From positions 288,001 through 352,000 of the forward strand of contig CBDBDQ010000005.1 in the NCBI GenBank assembly GCA_965203905.1: DNA of 64,000 nucleotides. Direction: 5' to 3'. Positions 30,886-41,816 of this stretch are shown here, one piece after another (the stretch's first letter is position 1; every line of letters begins with the position of its first letter). A program made the translations under genes and the position numbers. Source of the DNA: Spirochaetia bacterium (GTDB taxonomy: Bacteria > Spirochaetota > Spirochaetia > SZUA-6 > Bin103). The notes beneath the pieces were generated by a model that made no database searches, was not told where the DNA came from, and saw only the letters and a list, made by a program, of their open reading frames with translations.

Positions 30886-32310
30886 CTACAGCTGCACTTC
30901 CCACAGCACGTCGCGCAGCGCTTCCGACACCGTGGGATGCGGGAACACGATCTCGCGCAACTCCTCCACCCGCAGCTCCGCCTCGATCATGGTGGCGGCG
31001 CCGAAGATGATCTCCGAGGCGGGGGTGCCAATCATGTGCACCCCGAGCAGCACGTGGCTGTCGGCGTCGACGATCACCTTGACGATCCCGCGCGGCGTCG
31101 GCTGCACGCGCAGGGGCGACGTGACGGCCACCGCATCTGCGACACCGGAATCGCCGGCGCCGGGGGGTGCCAGGTGCTCGGCCAGGAAGCGGCCGTTGGC
31201 GGCCAACGGCATGCGCGCCACGCGCACACGCCGCCCCGAGGCGCGCGCGGCTTCTTCCGTCAGGCCGACCCCGGCGATCTCCGGCAGGGTGTAGACCACC
31301 CAGGGCACGGCGTGATAGCGCATGCGGTTGCTGCCCGGGCGCGCACCGGCGATGGCGTCGGCGGCCACCTCGCCCATGCGCGAGGCGGCGTGCGCGAGCA
31401 GCGAGCGGCCGGTGACGTCGCCCACGGCGTAGAGCCCGGCCACGTTGGTGCGCATGAACTCGTCCACCGTGATGCCGCGGCGGTTGAACAGCGCGCCTAC
31501 CGTCTCCAGTCCCAGCTCCGTCGCGTTGGGGACGCGCCCGGTAGCCAGCAGCACCAGGTCGGCGGCTTCCTCCCGCTCCCCCGCCGGGGTTTCCAGCGTC
31601 ACCCCGGAAGCGGTGACCGCGGTAACCCGCGAACCCAGGTGCCACACCACCTCCGGCAGCGCGCTCTTGAGCTGGCGCACGATGTCACCGTCGACGCCCG
31701 CCAGAATCTCCTCCAGCATCTCCACGACTACCACGTCGACGCCGACCGCGTGAAAGTAGCTGGCGAACTCCATCCCGATATAGCCGCCGCCCACGATCAC
31801 CACCCGCGCGGGCAGCTGCTCCAGCTGCAAAGCGCCGGTGCTGTCGACCACGTGGGGGAGGTCGGCGCCGGGGATCGGAGGCCGCGCGGCGCGCGACCCG
31901 GTGGCGATGATGATGTTACGGGCGCCCAGCTCGCGGCCGTCCACGGTCAGCCGGCCGCGACCGGCAAGGCGGGCGCTACCGGCCTCCACGGTGACGCCGT
32001 GACGCTCCATCAGCCCGGCCACGCCCGACCGCAGGCGCTCGGTGACCGTGGCCTTCCACGCCATGGCGGCGCCCAGGTCGTAGCGGGCGCCCTCCACCGC
32101 CACCCCGTAGCCGGCGCCGTGGAACGCCTGCTGCAGCAGCTTGGCCGAGTGAATCAGCGTCTTGGTGGGAATGCAGCCCGAGTTGAGACACACCCCGCCG
32201 AGGTGGTCGCGCTCCACCAGCGCGGTCCGCAGACCGCGTGCGGCGGCGCGTTCCGCGGCTACGTAGCCGCCGGGGCCGCCTCCTACCACGGCCAGGTCGA
32301 AGTCGCTCAT
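30886..32310 (-). CDS. lpdA: Dihydrolipoyl dehydrogenase (E3)
   Basis: GGGPGGY, GGVCLNSGCIPTK, HPTVSE. Confidence 0.93.
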   Translation of the reverse strand: MSDFDLAVVGGGPGGYVAAERAAARGLRTALVERDHLGGVCLNSGCIPTKTLIHSAKLLQQAFHGAGYGVAVEGARYDLGAAMAWKATVTERLRSGVAGLMERHGVTVEAGSARLAGRGRLTVDGRELGARNIIIATGSRAARPPIPGADLPHVVDSTGALQLEQLPARVVIVGGGYIGMEFASYFHAVGVDVVVVEMLEEILAGVDGDIVRQLKSALPEVVWHLGSRVTAVTASGVTLETPAGEREEAADLVLLATGRVPNATELGLETVGALFNRRGITVDEFMRTNVAGLYAVGDVTGRSLLAHAASRMGEVAADAIAGARPGSNRMRYHAVPWVVYTLPEIAGVGLTEEAARASGRRVRVARMPLAANGRFLAEHLAPPGAGDSGVADAVAVTSPLRVQPTPRGIVKVIVDADSHVLLGVHMIGTPASEIIFGAATMIEAELRVEELREIVFPHPTVSEALRDVLWEVQL

Positions 32311-32362
32311 CGCCGGTCTCCGTTACCCTCGGCGGCGGCGCGCCGGTGTCGCGGGCTGCGCA

Positions 32363-33796
32363 TTACAGCGCCGCGAGCAGGTCGATGTCGGCGATGGCGG
32401 CGGCCAGCGCCTGCAGGAAGCGCGCCGCCGGGGCGCCGTCGACCACGCGATGGTCGATGGTGAGCGACAGGCCGATGTGACGCCGGTAGCTGACCTCCCG
32501 CGGCGGTCCGGGCTGCGTCAGGTCCGCTGCCACCGGCTTCAACGCCAGCGCTCCCACCCCCAGGATGGCGACCTGCGGCAGATTGAGAATCGGGGTGAAG
32601 CTCTCCACGCCGAGGGCGCCGAGGTTGGTCACCGTGAAGGTGCCGCCCTGCAGCAGGTCGGGGCTGATGGAGCCGGCCTGGGTTGCCGCCGCCAGCTCGT
32701 GGGCGCGGGCGGCGAGCCCGGCGATGGAGAGCTGGTGGGCGGCGTTGATCACCGGCACCACCAGGCCGCGCTCGGTATCGACCGCGAACGCCAGGTGCAC
32801 GTCCCGATGCCGTTCGACCCGGTCGCCGCCGCCGTCGCTGCGCACCACGGCGTTGAGCTCCGGAAACTGCGGCAGGGTGCGTGCCACGGCGTACAGGATC
32901 AGGTCGTTGATGGTGACCTGCCGGAGCTGGAGGTGCTCGGCGCTGCTCTTGAGGCGCGCGCGATACGCCACCAGCCCCTCCGCGTCCGCGCTGGCGTTCA
33001 TGGTGAGCTGGGCGGTGTCGAGCAGCGACTGCCGCATCCGCTCGCTGATCAGCTTGCGCACGCCGGTGACCGGGACGGTCTCGACCTGCTCCGGTGCCGC
33101 CGCGGCAGCGGGGGCGGGGGCTGCCACGCCTGCGAGGTCGGCCAGGGTCACGCGGCCGCCGATGCCGCTCCCCACCGCGGGCACCTCGGCCCCGGCGGCG
33201 ACCGCGGCGCGGGCGGCGGCGGTAAGCGCGGGCCGCGCCGCGGCAGCCGCAACCACGTCGCGTTCGATGATGCGGCCGCGGGGACCACTGCCGCCGAGGG
33301 CGGTGTAATCGACTCCCAGCTCGCCGGCGCGTCTGCGGGCGCGCGGAGAGATGGCCGGTCCGCCACGGCGTGTGGAGGGCGCGGCGCCGGCGGCAGCGGC
33401 CGGGGCGCCGGCGCCGGCCGGGCCGGGAACTGCCGCCTCGGGGGCAGCAACGGGAGCGGGGGCTACCGGTGGCGGCGCCACGAGCCCGGCTCCGGCAGCA
33501 TCGCCGGTTGCCGGTGCGGAACCGCCGACGGCGGCCGCGGGCGTGGGCACCTCCTCGCCGGGCTCGCCCACCGCGGCAATGGGTGCGAGCACCGGGACTT
33601 CCTCACCCTCCGGAACGAACTGTGCCAGCAGCGTCCCGCTGGCCGTCGACTCGACCTCGAAGGCCGCCTTGTCGGTCTCTATCTCGCACAGCACCTCGCC
33701 GGATCCGACGTTCTCTCCCGGCTGCTTGAGCCAGCGCACGATGGTGCACGCCTCGACCGACTGCCCCTGTCGCGGCATTACGATTTCCGTCGCCAT
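32363..33796 (-). CDS. Dihydrolipoamide acyltransferase (E2)
   Basis: Lipoyl EIETDKA, Ala/Pro linker, ISPRARR...GSGPRGRI binding domain, DHRVVDG catalytic motif. Confidence 0.93.
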   Translation of the reverse strand: MATEIVMPRQGQSVEACTIVRWLKQPGENVGSGEVLCEIETDKAAFEVESTASGTLLAQFVPEGEEVPVLAPIAAVGEPGEEVPTPAAAVGGSAPATGDAAGAGLVAPPPVAPAPVAAPEAAVPGPAGAGAPAAAAGAAPSTRRGGPAISPRARRRAGELGVDYTALGGSGPRGRIIERDVVAAAAARPALTAAARAAVAAGAEVPAVGSGIGGRVTLADLAGVAAPAPAAAAAPEQVETVPVTGVRKLISERMRQSLLDTAQLTMNASADAEGLVAYRARLKSSAEHLQLRQVTINDLILYAVARTLPQFPELNAVVRSDGGGDRVERHRDVHLAFAVDTERGLVVPVINAAHQLSIAGLAARAHELAAATQAGSISPDLLQGGTFTVTNLGALGVESFTPILNLPQVAILGVGALALKPVAADLTQPGPPREVSYRRHIGLSLTIDHRVVDGAPAARFLQALAAAIADIDLLAAL

Positions 33797-33909
33797 ATGA
33801 CGGATGCATCTTAGTCGGACGGACCAACAAAATCGACCCACCGCGCACGCACGCGCGAACGCCGTGCGCACGCCACGGCACTGCGCCGTCATGGTCGGCG
33901 CGCTTCGGG

Positions 33910-34740
33910 TCAGGTTACTCCCAGCGAACCCTTGCTGAACCAGAGGTCGACCGCCAGCACCGCCGCACCGGTGTGGGTGTCCAGGTCGCCGGTGATCTGC
34001 TCCAGCTCCGCAACCAGCGGATGGATCTCACGTTCCGGAACCACCGCCATGATGGTGCGGCTGGATTCGCTGCGGTCGCCGAGGAAGTTGAGGAAGTCGC
34101 CGAACAGGGGCACGTTGCTGAGCACGTTCTTCACCCCCGTGGACTCGGTGATGGTGGCGCCCTGGATCCCGTGCTCCAGGAACAGCGTCACCACATCGTC
34201 CAGGAACCGCAGCTCGTAGAGCACGATGATCAGCAGCTTGCGGCCGCCGCTGCTGCGCGCCGGCTCGGGCGCCACCGGCGTCAGGTAGGCTTCGACCGAC
34301 GCCCGCAAGGCGGCGCGCGTCGGCGCCCCACGGATCTCGTCGCGGGCCGTGGGGTTGAGCCCCACGCGCGAGATGTGGGCCAGAAAGCGCAGATATTCCT
34401 GGGGCGATTCCTCGGGTCCCACCAGCACGAAGAACAGGGTGCTCGGCGCGCCGTCGGAGCTGTCGTAGTCGACGCCTCGCGGCGACACCGCGACCCCCAG
34501 GGCGAACGGCACGTCGCCGGGCAGCCGGGCATGGGGAATGGCGACACCGTGCTCGAACCCGGTCGAGCCGAGTGCCTCCCGCTCGCGCAGGGCGGCCAGC
34601 AGCGCCTCCCGCGATACCTTCAGGCCGGACTCCGCCATCAACGTCGCCAGCTCTTCCAGACACTCCGCCTTGTTCTTCGCCTCCAGCGCCACCGTACAGC
34701 GCCGCTGATCGAGGATCCCGGCCGATTCCATCGGTTCCAC
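33910..34740 (-). CDS. PTS EIIA (Ntr/fructose-type) domain fused to a PII-like domain
   Basis: REALGSTG...VAIPHAR phospho-His motif; C-terminal KLLIIVL...GATITESTG...TIMAVV. Confidence 0.75.
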   Translation of the reverse strand: MEPMESAGILDQRRCTVALEAKNKAECLEELATLMAESGLKVSREALLAALREREALGSTGFEHGVAIPHARLPGDVPFALGVAVSPRGVDYDSSDGAPSTLFFVLVGPEESPQEYLRFLAHISRVGLNPTARDEIRGAPTRAALRASVEAYLTPVAPEPARSSGGRKLLIIVLYELRFLDDVVTLFLEHGIQGATITESTGVKNVLSNVPLFGDFLNFLGDRSESSRTIMAVVPEREIHPLVAELEQITGDLDTHTGAAVLAVDLWFSKGSLGVT

Positions 34741-34756
34741 CTCCGTGTGCCGTCCG

Positions 34757-36004
34757 CTACTCGCGCTCGGACCCGCGCACGATCCCGAAACGCGAGATGA
34801 GCGGGCCGATCAGTTCGTTCACGAAGACGCTGAACAGCACTACGTTGGTGAGCAGCCGCAGCATCTCGCGCACCGCCTCGGGCGCCGCCGTGAACAACGA
34901 CGAGCTCTGCACCACCAGCGCCAGCCCGATCGCCACCCCGGCCTGGGGAAACAGGCAGAAACTCAGGTAGCGGCGCACGTTGGCCGGCGCGCGCACGAGC
35001 AGCGATCCGAGCGTCACGCCCGCCACCTTGCCGCCGAAGCGGACCGCCAGGTAGACCAGCCCGATCAGCACCACGATGCCCTTGCTGACCACGCCGATGT
35101 CCAGCTCCGCCCCCGCCAGAATAAAGAACAACGCGAAGATGGGCGGCGTGAGCGGCTCCAACGCGGCGAAGATACGCCGGTTGCGCAGCGCCATGTTGAC
35201 CAGCATGAAGCCGGCAAACATGTTGGCGATGAGGGCGGACAGCTCCAGCAGGGTTACCAGCGCCGTAAGCAGGAACAGGATCCCGAGGGTGATCAGCAGC
35301 ACCTCGCTGTCCCGCTTGCGCCCGCCGGCGGCAAAGTGAATCGCCAGGGCCGCCAGCGCCCCCGCAACCGCTGACAGCCCGATCTCGGCCAGCCCGTGGC
35401 CGAACGCGGCCAGGACTGAAGCGCCGGCCCCGCCGGTGCCGGCCAAAAGCGGCCCGACCACGGCGAAGCCGATGGAGAACAGCAGCACGCTCACCGCGTC
35501 GTCGAAGGCGACCACCCCGAACAGGTAGTCGATGAACTCGCCGCGCGCCCGCAGCTCACGCACGATCACCAGGGTGGCGGCCGGTGCAGTGGCGGCGGCG
35601 ATGGCGCCGAGCAGCAGCGCGTAGCTGAACGGCAAGAGCAGGAACCCCAGCACCAACGTCACCGCAACGGTCGCCAGCACCGCTTCGAACAGGGTGATTA
35701 CGAGGATCTTGCTGCCGGTGCGCCGTAGCTTGGCAAGCTGGAACTCCCCGCCGATGGTGAGCGCGATGAAGCTCAACGCCACCTCGGTAAACGGCCCCAG
35801 GGACTCGACCGTGTGGTGCTCGATGACACCGCTCACCGAGTGGCTGAGCAGCAGTCCGGCGACGATGTAGCCGGTGATGGTGGGCAGATGCAGCACCTGG
35901 CACAGGCGCCCGAACAGGTAGCCGGCCAGGATCAGGACGGCAAGGCTCAGCAGTGGGTTGTGATTGATCGCCGCGATCGGATCGCGCAGCAGCTCGCCCA
36001 GCAT
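34757..36004 (-). CDS. Cation:proton antiporter (CPA2/Kef-like)
   Basis: LPTITGYIVAG, ATAPAAT, FDDA, FFILAG, PQAGVAIG. Confidence 0.9.
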   Translation of the reverse strand: MLGELLRDPIAAINHNPLLSLAVLILAGYLFGRLCQVLHLPTITGYIVAGLLLSHSVSGVIEHHTVESLGPFTEVALSFIALTIGGEFQLAKLRRTGSKILVITLFEAVLATVAVTLVLGFLLLPFSYALLLGAIAAATAPAATLVIVRELRARGEFIDYLFGVVAFDDAVSVLLFSIGFAVVGPLLAGTGGAGASVLAAFGHGLAEIGLSAVAGALAALAIHFAAGGRKRDSEVLLITLGILFLLTALVTLLELSALIANMFAGFMLVNMALRNRRIFAALEPLTPPIFALFFILAGAELDIGVVSKGIVVLIGLVYLAVRFGGKVAGVTLGSLLVRAPANVRRYLSFCLFPQAGVAIGLALVVQSSSLFTAAPEAVREMLRLLTNVVLFSVFVNELIGPLISRFGIVRGSERE

Positions 36005-36080
36005 CAGGCGGCCCTCACCTTAGTGACGCCAGCAGTTGCGGTCAATCGCGCCGCACCGTCCGCAGGCCGCTCCGAACTGT

Positions 36081-36600
36081 CTATACGAGCAGTGTCACCA
36101 GGCCCAGACTGAGGAGGGCCAGCAGTCCCGCCGCAAACAGACCTACGCCGAACGCACGGCGACCCACCGCCACCAGGCCGCGCACGTTCACGCCCAGGCC
36201 GACGCCGGCCATGGCCACGGTGATCAGGAAGCCGGCGACCACGGCGGCGAGTCGGTCGGTGGAAAAGGACAGCGTCTGCTCCTGCCAGAGCACGCTGTCG
36301 CTGAGCTGCAGGGTGAAGTGAGGGAACAGGTGCAGGCTGCGAGCCACGGCCAGCAACACGAAGCCAACGATGAACGGCGGCACCAGTGTGGTCGCGGCTG
36401 GGCGCCGGCGCACGTACGGCTCCGGCCAGCGGCGCCGCTCCCGCGCGTACCACAGGCCGAGTGCCACGACGCATGGCGCCAGCAGCAGAATGCGTACCAG
36501 CTTCACGATCAGGGCCACTTCGCCGGCTCGCTTTCCGTAGCTGAAACCGGCTGCCAGCACCTGCGCCGTCGCGTGAATGGCCGTACTCGACCACCCAAGG
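36081..36600 (-). pseudogene. C-terminal fragment of a YeiH/putative sulfate exporter family membrane protein
   Basis: TAIHATAQVLAAG...IVKLVRILLL...AMAGVGL; N-terminal half absent; abuts the divergent PhyH gene. Confidence 0.75.
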
Positions 36601-36693
36601 CCGGCTGCGCGGGTGCTCGGCGACGGGATCTCGCACCCGTTGGCACCCGTGGGCGGGACTTTCGGCGGCGGGATACTCTATGGTTCCCGTGAG

Positions 36694-37593
36694 ATGGAGA
36701 AGGTACTCACCGACGCCCAGGTGCAGCAGTTCCGCGCCGATGGGCTGCTGCTGATTCCGGGGCTTATTCCGGAGAGCGTGTACGGTCCGGTGCGGGACGA
36801 TCTGGAGCGCATGATCGAAGCCGCCAAGGGTGGGCCGGCGCCGGACTACACCTACATGTACTACACGGCCCCGCGCGCGGGAGCCCGCTCATGGCTGTAC
36901 CGGATCAACGAGCTGATCGGCACGCATCAGCTCGAGAGCGTCAAGCTGATGCTCGCCTACCCTCCCCTGCTCAGCGCCGTGCACCAGGTGGTGGAGCGGG
37001 AGCACTTCGCCTCCTCCGCGGCGGCGGTGGTGTTCAAGCTGCCCAGCTCGGAGGTGCCGGTGGGGTGGCATCAGGACGGCGTGACGGTCAACCGCTGGCC
37101 GGTGTTCGACACCGACATCTACCTGGACGAGAGCGACCCCGACAACGGCGGCCTGTGGGGCATTCCCGGCAGCCATCTGGCCGGCTACAACCCGGAGCTG
37201 CGCAAGGAGGTGATCGCCAGCTTCACCGCGGGCAGGGAAGCGGGCGACGTACCGGGAGCGGTGCCGGTGGTGGCCAAGCCCGGCGACGTCAACCTGCACG
37301 CCAACTCGGTGGTGCACGGATCGTTCGCCAGCCGTACGCCGCGGCTGCGGCGCACCCTGTACTTCCACTGGGACAACTACGCCGACGTCGCAATGCGCTC
37401 CGCGGACGACCAGTGGCGCCGCATCTACCTGTGGGCGCAGCAGACGCTGTGCGACGCCATTGCGCTGCGCGCAAGCCGCTTTCCGAACGAGACCCCGTTT
37501 CCCTATCGGACGGTGGTTCCGGACGCGCTGCCCGGGTCCAGCCCCGAGTGGTTCTCGCAGCTCAAGGCAAGCGGGAAACGAAAGACCGCCTGA
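36694..37593 (+). CDS. PhyH family dioxygenase
   Basis: LTDAQVQQFRADG, WHQDG, IPGSH, PGDVNLH...VHGS. Confidence 0.88.
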   Translation: MEKVLTDAQVQQFRADGLLLIPGLIPESVYGPVRDDLERMIEAAKGGPAPDYTYMYYTAPRAGARSWLYRINELIGTHQLESVKLMLAYPPLLSAVHQVVEREHFASSAAAVVFKLPSSEVPVGWHQDGVTVNRWPVFDTDIYLDESDPDNGGLWGIPGSHLAGYNPELRKEVIASFTAGREAGDVPGAVPVVAKPGDVNLHANSVVHGSFASRTPRLRRTLYFHWDNYADVAMRSADDQWRRIYLWAQQTLCDAIALRASRFPNETPFPYRTVVPDALPGSSPEWFSQLKASGKRKTA

Positions 37594-37599
37594 CACGTC

Positions 37600-38544
37600 A
37601 TGGAGGTGCCTGACGGGGGAGCGGCGACGGAGGTGCGGGACCGGGCGCAGGGTGCGCTGATCGGGCTCGCGCTCGGCGACGCGCTCGGCACGACGCTCGA
37701 GTTCTCCGCCCGCGACTCGCAGCCGCCGGTGAACGCCCTCGTGGGCGGCGGCCCGTTCCGCCTCGCACCCGGCGAATGGACCGACGACACCAGCATGGCG
37801 CTGTGTCTCGCCGATTCCCTGCTGCAACGGAACGCACTCGATGCGCGCGACCTGGTCGAGCGCTTCTGTCGCTGGCACGAGGAAGGCTACAACTCGGTTA
37901 CGGGCGAGTGCTTCGACATCGGCGTGACTACGTGCGAGGCGCTGCGCACCTACCGCGCTACCGGGGAGCCGCTGAGCGGCAGCACCGATCCCCGGAGTGC
38001 CGGCAACGGGTCGCTGATGCGCCTGGCACCGGTGGCGATCCGCTGGTGGCACGACCGCGCCGCGGCGGTCGGGGCCGCCCGCCTGCAGAGCCGCATCACC
38101 CACGGTGCGCCGCAGGCGGTGGAGGCGTGCGCGCTGTTCGCCGAGCTGCTGGTCGAGGCAATCGGCGGGGCGCCGAAGGAGCGCGTCCTGCAGGCCCGGG
38201 ACTGGGCCGGCGATGCGGGGGTCGCCGCGGTGGCGGCCGGTTCGTGGCGCACCAAGGCGCGGGACGACATTTCCTCCTCGGGATACGTGCTGCACACGCT
38301 GGAAGCGGCGCTGTGGTGCGTGGGCCGATCGGAGTCGATCGCGGACGCCCTGATTCTGGCCGCCAACCTGGGCGCGGACGCGGACACGGTGGGCGCCGTC
38401 ACCGGACAGCTTGCCGGCGCGCTGTGGGGAATGTCGGCAGCGCCCGCCTCCTGGCTCGCAAAGCTGGCTTGGCGGGCGCGCATCACGGAACTCGCTGCAG
38501 GTCTGTTCGAGGCGGGAAACCGCGAACGGATGAGCAAGCGCTGA
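37600..38544 (+). CDS. ADP-ribosylglycohydrolase (DraG/Tri1 family)
   Basis: GDALG, WTDDT, GNGSLMR, ITHG, DADTVGA. Confidence 0.93.
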   Translation: MEVPDGGAATEVRDRAQGALIGLALGDALGTTLEFSARDSQPPVNALVGGGPFRLAPGEWTDDTSMALCLADSLLQRNALDARDLVERFCRWHEEGYNSVTGECFDIGVTTCEALRTYRATGEPLSGSTDPRSAGNGSLMRLAPVAIRWWHDRAAAVGAARLQSRITHGAPQAVEACALFAELLVEAIGGAPKERVLQARDWAGDAGVAAVAAGSWRTKARDDISSSGYVLHTLEAALWCVGRSESIADALILAANLGADADTVGAVTGQLAGALWGMSAAPASWLAKLAWRARITELAAGLFEAGNRERMSKR

Positions 38545-38622
38545 CTGGCAGCCCCGAGCGTTGTGCGCACGCCACACCGGCGCCCGCGTGCGACTCCGAC
38601 GCACCCTGCCGGCATGCGGGCG

Positions 38623-39789
38623 TCAGGACTTCCAGAGATCGAGGTACTTGAACCCGGAGCCGGTGTTGAACACCACTACGCGGTCGTCGCGCTCCAGCTC
38701 TCCGAACTCCTGTAGCCGGCGTAGCGCCGGCACGCAGGCGGCCCCCTCGGGGGCCGCGAATACGCCTTCGGCGGCAGCGAGCTCGCGCACCGCGTTGAGA
38801 ATCTCGGCGTCCTCCACGGCCAGTGCCCGCCCGCCGCTGCGGCGCACGATGTCGAGCATCAGGAAGTCGCCGATCGGCTGCGGAACCAGCAGGCCGTCGG
38901 CCACGGTGCGCGGCCGGGGCACGGCCTCGGCACCGTCGGCGCCGGCCTCGAACGCGGTGGCGATCGGCGCACAGCCGCCAGCCTGCACCACGATCATGCG
39001 TGGCCGCCGGGCGTCGATCCAGCCCATCTCCTGCATCTCGTCGAACGCCTTCCACATTCCGATCAGGCCGGTGCCGCCTCCGGTGGGGTATACGATCACG
39101 TCGGGCAGCGTCCAGCCCAACTGTTCGGCCAGTTCGTAGCCCATTGTCTTCTTGCCTTCGACGCGATACGGCTCCTTGAGCGTGGACAGGTCGAACCAGC
39201 CGTTGGACTGGGCCCGTTCGGCCAGCAGGCGACCGCAGTCGCCGATGAGGCCGTCCACGAGCACCACCTCGGCGCCGCTCTGGCGGCACTGGATGCGGTG
39301 CGCCTGCGGGGAATCCCGCGGCACGAACACGGTGGCGTCCAGGCCGGCGCGCGCGGCATAGGCGGCCAGCGCCCCCGCCGCATTGCCGGCCGAGGGAACC
39401 GCCAGGTGGCGGACGCCCAGCTCGCGCGCCATGGACACGGCCACGGCCATGCCGCGCGCCTTGAACGAGCCGGTGGGATTGGCCGCCTCGTCCTTGATGA
39501 AGAGCCGTTCCAGGCCCAGCCGGCGGCCCAGGTTGGGAGCCGGGAGCAACGGCGTCCAGCCCTCGCCCAGGGTGGTGACGTGCTCCTGATGCATCACCGG
39601 CAGCAACTCGCGGTAGCGCCACAGGCTGGGCTCCCGGTCCGCCAGCGCCGGGCGTTCCGATTCCCGCGCCGCGCGGGCCAGGTCGTAGCGCACCAGCAGC
39701 GGCTTGCCGCAGTCACGGCACAGGTTCTGCAGCGCATTGCACTCGTGACGGCGCGCGCACGACGAACATTCCAGGTGGGTGACGTACAC
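38623..39789 (-). CDS. thrC: Threonine synthase-like PLP enzyme
   Basis: N-terminal Zn ribbon, [38 protein letters not shown]. Confidence 0.8.
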   Translation of the reverse strand: MYVTHLECSSCARRHECNALQNLCRDCGKPLLVRYDLARAARESERPALADREPSLWRYRELLPVMHQEHVTTLGEGWTPLLPAPNLGRRLGLERLFIKDEAANPTGSFKARGMAVAVSMARELGVRHLAVPSAGNAAGALAAYAARAGLDATVFVPRDSPQAHRIQCRQSGAEVVLVDGLIGDCGRLLAERAQSNGWFDLSTLKEPYRVEGKKTMGYELAEQLGWTLPDVIVYPTGGGTGLIGMWKAFDEMQEMGWIDARRPRMIVVQAGGCAPIATAFEAGADGAEAVPRPRTVADGLLVPQPIGDFLMLDIVRRSGGRALAVEDAEILNAVRELAAAEGVFAAPEGAACVPALRRLQEFGELERDDRVVVFNTGSGFKYLDLWKS

Positions 39790-39939
39790 TGGTGCCTCGA
39801 CTATCTCCCCGCGGCCCGGTAGTAGCTGCCGGGCGCGCTTGTGTCAACCGGCACCGGTTCCGTTCCGAGGTACCCGAGTGCGGCCGCGGTTACACTCGTG
39901 CGACCGGCCTGTTCCATGCCGACTCCGTATAATCGGCGC

Positions 39940-41325
39940 GTGGCCCGCAACCCATCGGCCGCCGTCGGCGGCGTCATTCCTCCCGGCCCGCGCGGCCTGC
40001 CGGCGCTGCTGGACGTGGTGCGCCGCTATCGGCGCGACAGCCTCGGTCTGTTGCGCGATCTGGTACGCGACTACGGTAACGTGGTGAACCTGCCTTTTGG
40101 CGGCGGCTGCGTGTACCTGGTCAACGAGCCGGCGCTGATCCATGCGGTGCTGGTGAGTGGGCACCGGCACTTCATCAAGAGCGCCGGCCTGCAGATGACG
40201 CGCGGGCTGCTGGGCGAGGGTCTGCTGACCTCCGAAGGAGCGCTGCACCGACACCGGCGGCACCTGCTGCAGCCCTGCCTCCAGCCACGCGCGGCGGGGC
40301 GCTGGGCGCGGACCATCTCCGAGCTGGCCGCGGCCGGCGCCGCGCGCTGGCAGCCGGGCGAAGAACTCGCGGTGCACGGGCAGATGGCGGAGTTGACCCT
40401 GGCGGTCATCTGCGAAGTGCTCGGCGCGCCCTTTGGGGGGCAGGACCTTACCCGGCTGGAAGATACCCTGACACTGGCACAGCGCCGCTTCAGAAAAGCA
40501 ATTGGATCACCGGTGGCGATCGTCACCCGCTTCGTGCTCGGCGCCGCACGCGACGTCCGGCGCCTGGAGCGGCTGGTGTACCGGATGATCGATGCCGCGC
40601 AACGCAACCCACATGCCGCCGCCGGAACCCTGCTGCCGATGCTGCTCGCGGCGGAAGACGTCGACGGCAACCGCATGACGCTGCGCGCGGTCCGGGACGA
40701 GGTCGTGACGCTGCTGGTGGCGGGCTACGAGACCACCGCCAACACCCTCTCCTGGGCCTGCTACCTGCTGGCGCGCCACGAAGCTGCGGCGTTGCGGCTG
40801 CACGCCGAGGTGGACGCCTTGCTGGCGCCGCGCGGCCGCCGCAACGAGGTGGTGACCCTGGAGGCCGGCGACCTGGAGCGGCTGCCGTACACGCGCAGCG
40901 TGATCACCGAGACCCTGCGCCTGTACCCGCCGGCCTACCTGGTAGGGCGCCAGGCGGTCGAGAACGTCGTGCTGGAGGGCTACCGTATCCCAGCCGGCAC
41001 CACGGTCCTGATGAGCCAGTACCTGATGCACCGCGACGCTCGCTTCTTCCCCGACCCCGAAGCGTTTCTGCCCGACCGCTGGGCCGTGCCCGACCCGGGC
41101 AACGCAGCCCCGGCGCTCCCGCGCTGCGCCTTCTTTCCGTTCGGCGACGGACCGCGCGTCTGCATCGGCGAACCGCTGGCGTGGCTGGAAGCGACGCTGA
41201 TCCTGGCCGCCGTCAGTTACCGCTGGCGCCTGCGCCTCCCTCCGAACGCGCCGGAACCGGTTCCCGAGCCGCGCATCACCCTGCGCCCGCGCGGCGGCCT
41301 GCGCCTGATCCCCGAGCCCCGCTGA
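39940..41325 (+). CDS. Cytochrome P450
   Basis: AGYETT, ETLR (ExxR), PDRW, FGDGPRVCIG heme motif. Confidence 0.93.
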   Translation: MARNPSAAVGGVIPPGPRGLPALLDVVRRYRRDSLGLLRDLVRDYGNVVNLPFGGGCVYLVNEPALIHAVLVSGHRHFIKSAGLQMTRGLLGEGLLTSEGALHRHRRHLLQPCLQPRAAGRWARTISELAAAGAARWQPGEELAVHGQMAELTLAVICEVLGAPFGGQDLTRLEDTLTLAQRRFRKAIGSPVAIVTRFVLGAARDVRRLERLVYRMIDAAQRNPHAAAGTLLPMLLAAEDVDGNRMTLRAVRDEVVTLLVAGYETTANTLSWACYLLARHEAAALRLHAEVDALLAPRGRRNEVVTLEAGDLERLPYTRSVITETLRLYPPAYLVGRQAVENVVLEGYRIPAGTTVLMSQYLMHRDARFFPDPEAFLPDRWAVPDPGNAAPALPRCAFFPFGDGPRVCIGEPLAWLEATLILAAVSYRWRLRLPPNAPEPVPEPRITLRPRGGLRLIPEPR

Positions 41326-41336
41326 CCCCTTGCGTC

Positions 41337-41816
41337 CTAATCGGGTTCCGAGTTGTCGCGCTGTGAGCCCACACCTTCAGCGCCACCTCGGCCTCCCTCG
41401 GCCGGGGCCAACAGGTCGGCATCGCCCGCGGCGAATGCGGATTCCACGTCAGTACGTGAGAAATCCTCCCCCTTGAACAGCAACGGTTCTCCGGTTGACA
41501 GCGCGAGCGCATAGGCAAAACAGTCCCCGAAGTTGAGCGCGGCGGGATGGTTGCCCTTGCCGAATCGCCGCCAGGCTTCGCGGGCACGCGCCACCTGCTC
41601 CGCGGTAACCGGCATCAGCTCGATCTCCGCCGCATCGACGAAGCGATCCAGATCCGATTCCGCGGCCTCGCCGCGTCCGCCGATCACAATCGCCGCTTCC
41701 AGTAGATTGGCGACCGACATGCGACACGGGACCGCCGCCGCGATCTGGCGCGCGAAATACGGTGCATCCGCTTCCTTGAACAGAATCGCCAGAATCGCAG
41801 AGGTATCGAGGATCAC
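41337..41816 (-). CDS. vapC: VapC PIN-domain toxin
   Basis: MILDTSA, FGKGNHPAALNFGDCFAYA, LLFKGEDF. Confidence 0.93.
   Translation of the reverse strand: MILDTSAILAILFKEADAPYFARQIAAAVPCRMSVANLLEAAIVIGGRGEAAESDLDRFVDAAEIELMPVTAEQVARAREAWRRFGKGNHPAALNFGDCFAYALALSTGEPLLFKGEDFSRTDVESAFAAGDADLLAPAEGGRGGAEGVGSQRDNSEPD

Noticed and set aside
33340-33560. Low-complexity GC-rich repetitive stretch
   Set aside because: Encodes the normal Ala/Pro linker of the E2 subunit.
33864-38575. 13-bp GTGCGCACGCCAC shared by two intergenic regions (33864 and 38563)
   Set aside because: Only two copies, no consistent hairpin, plausible by chance at this GC content.
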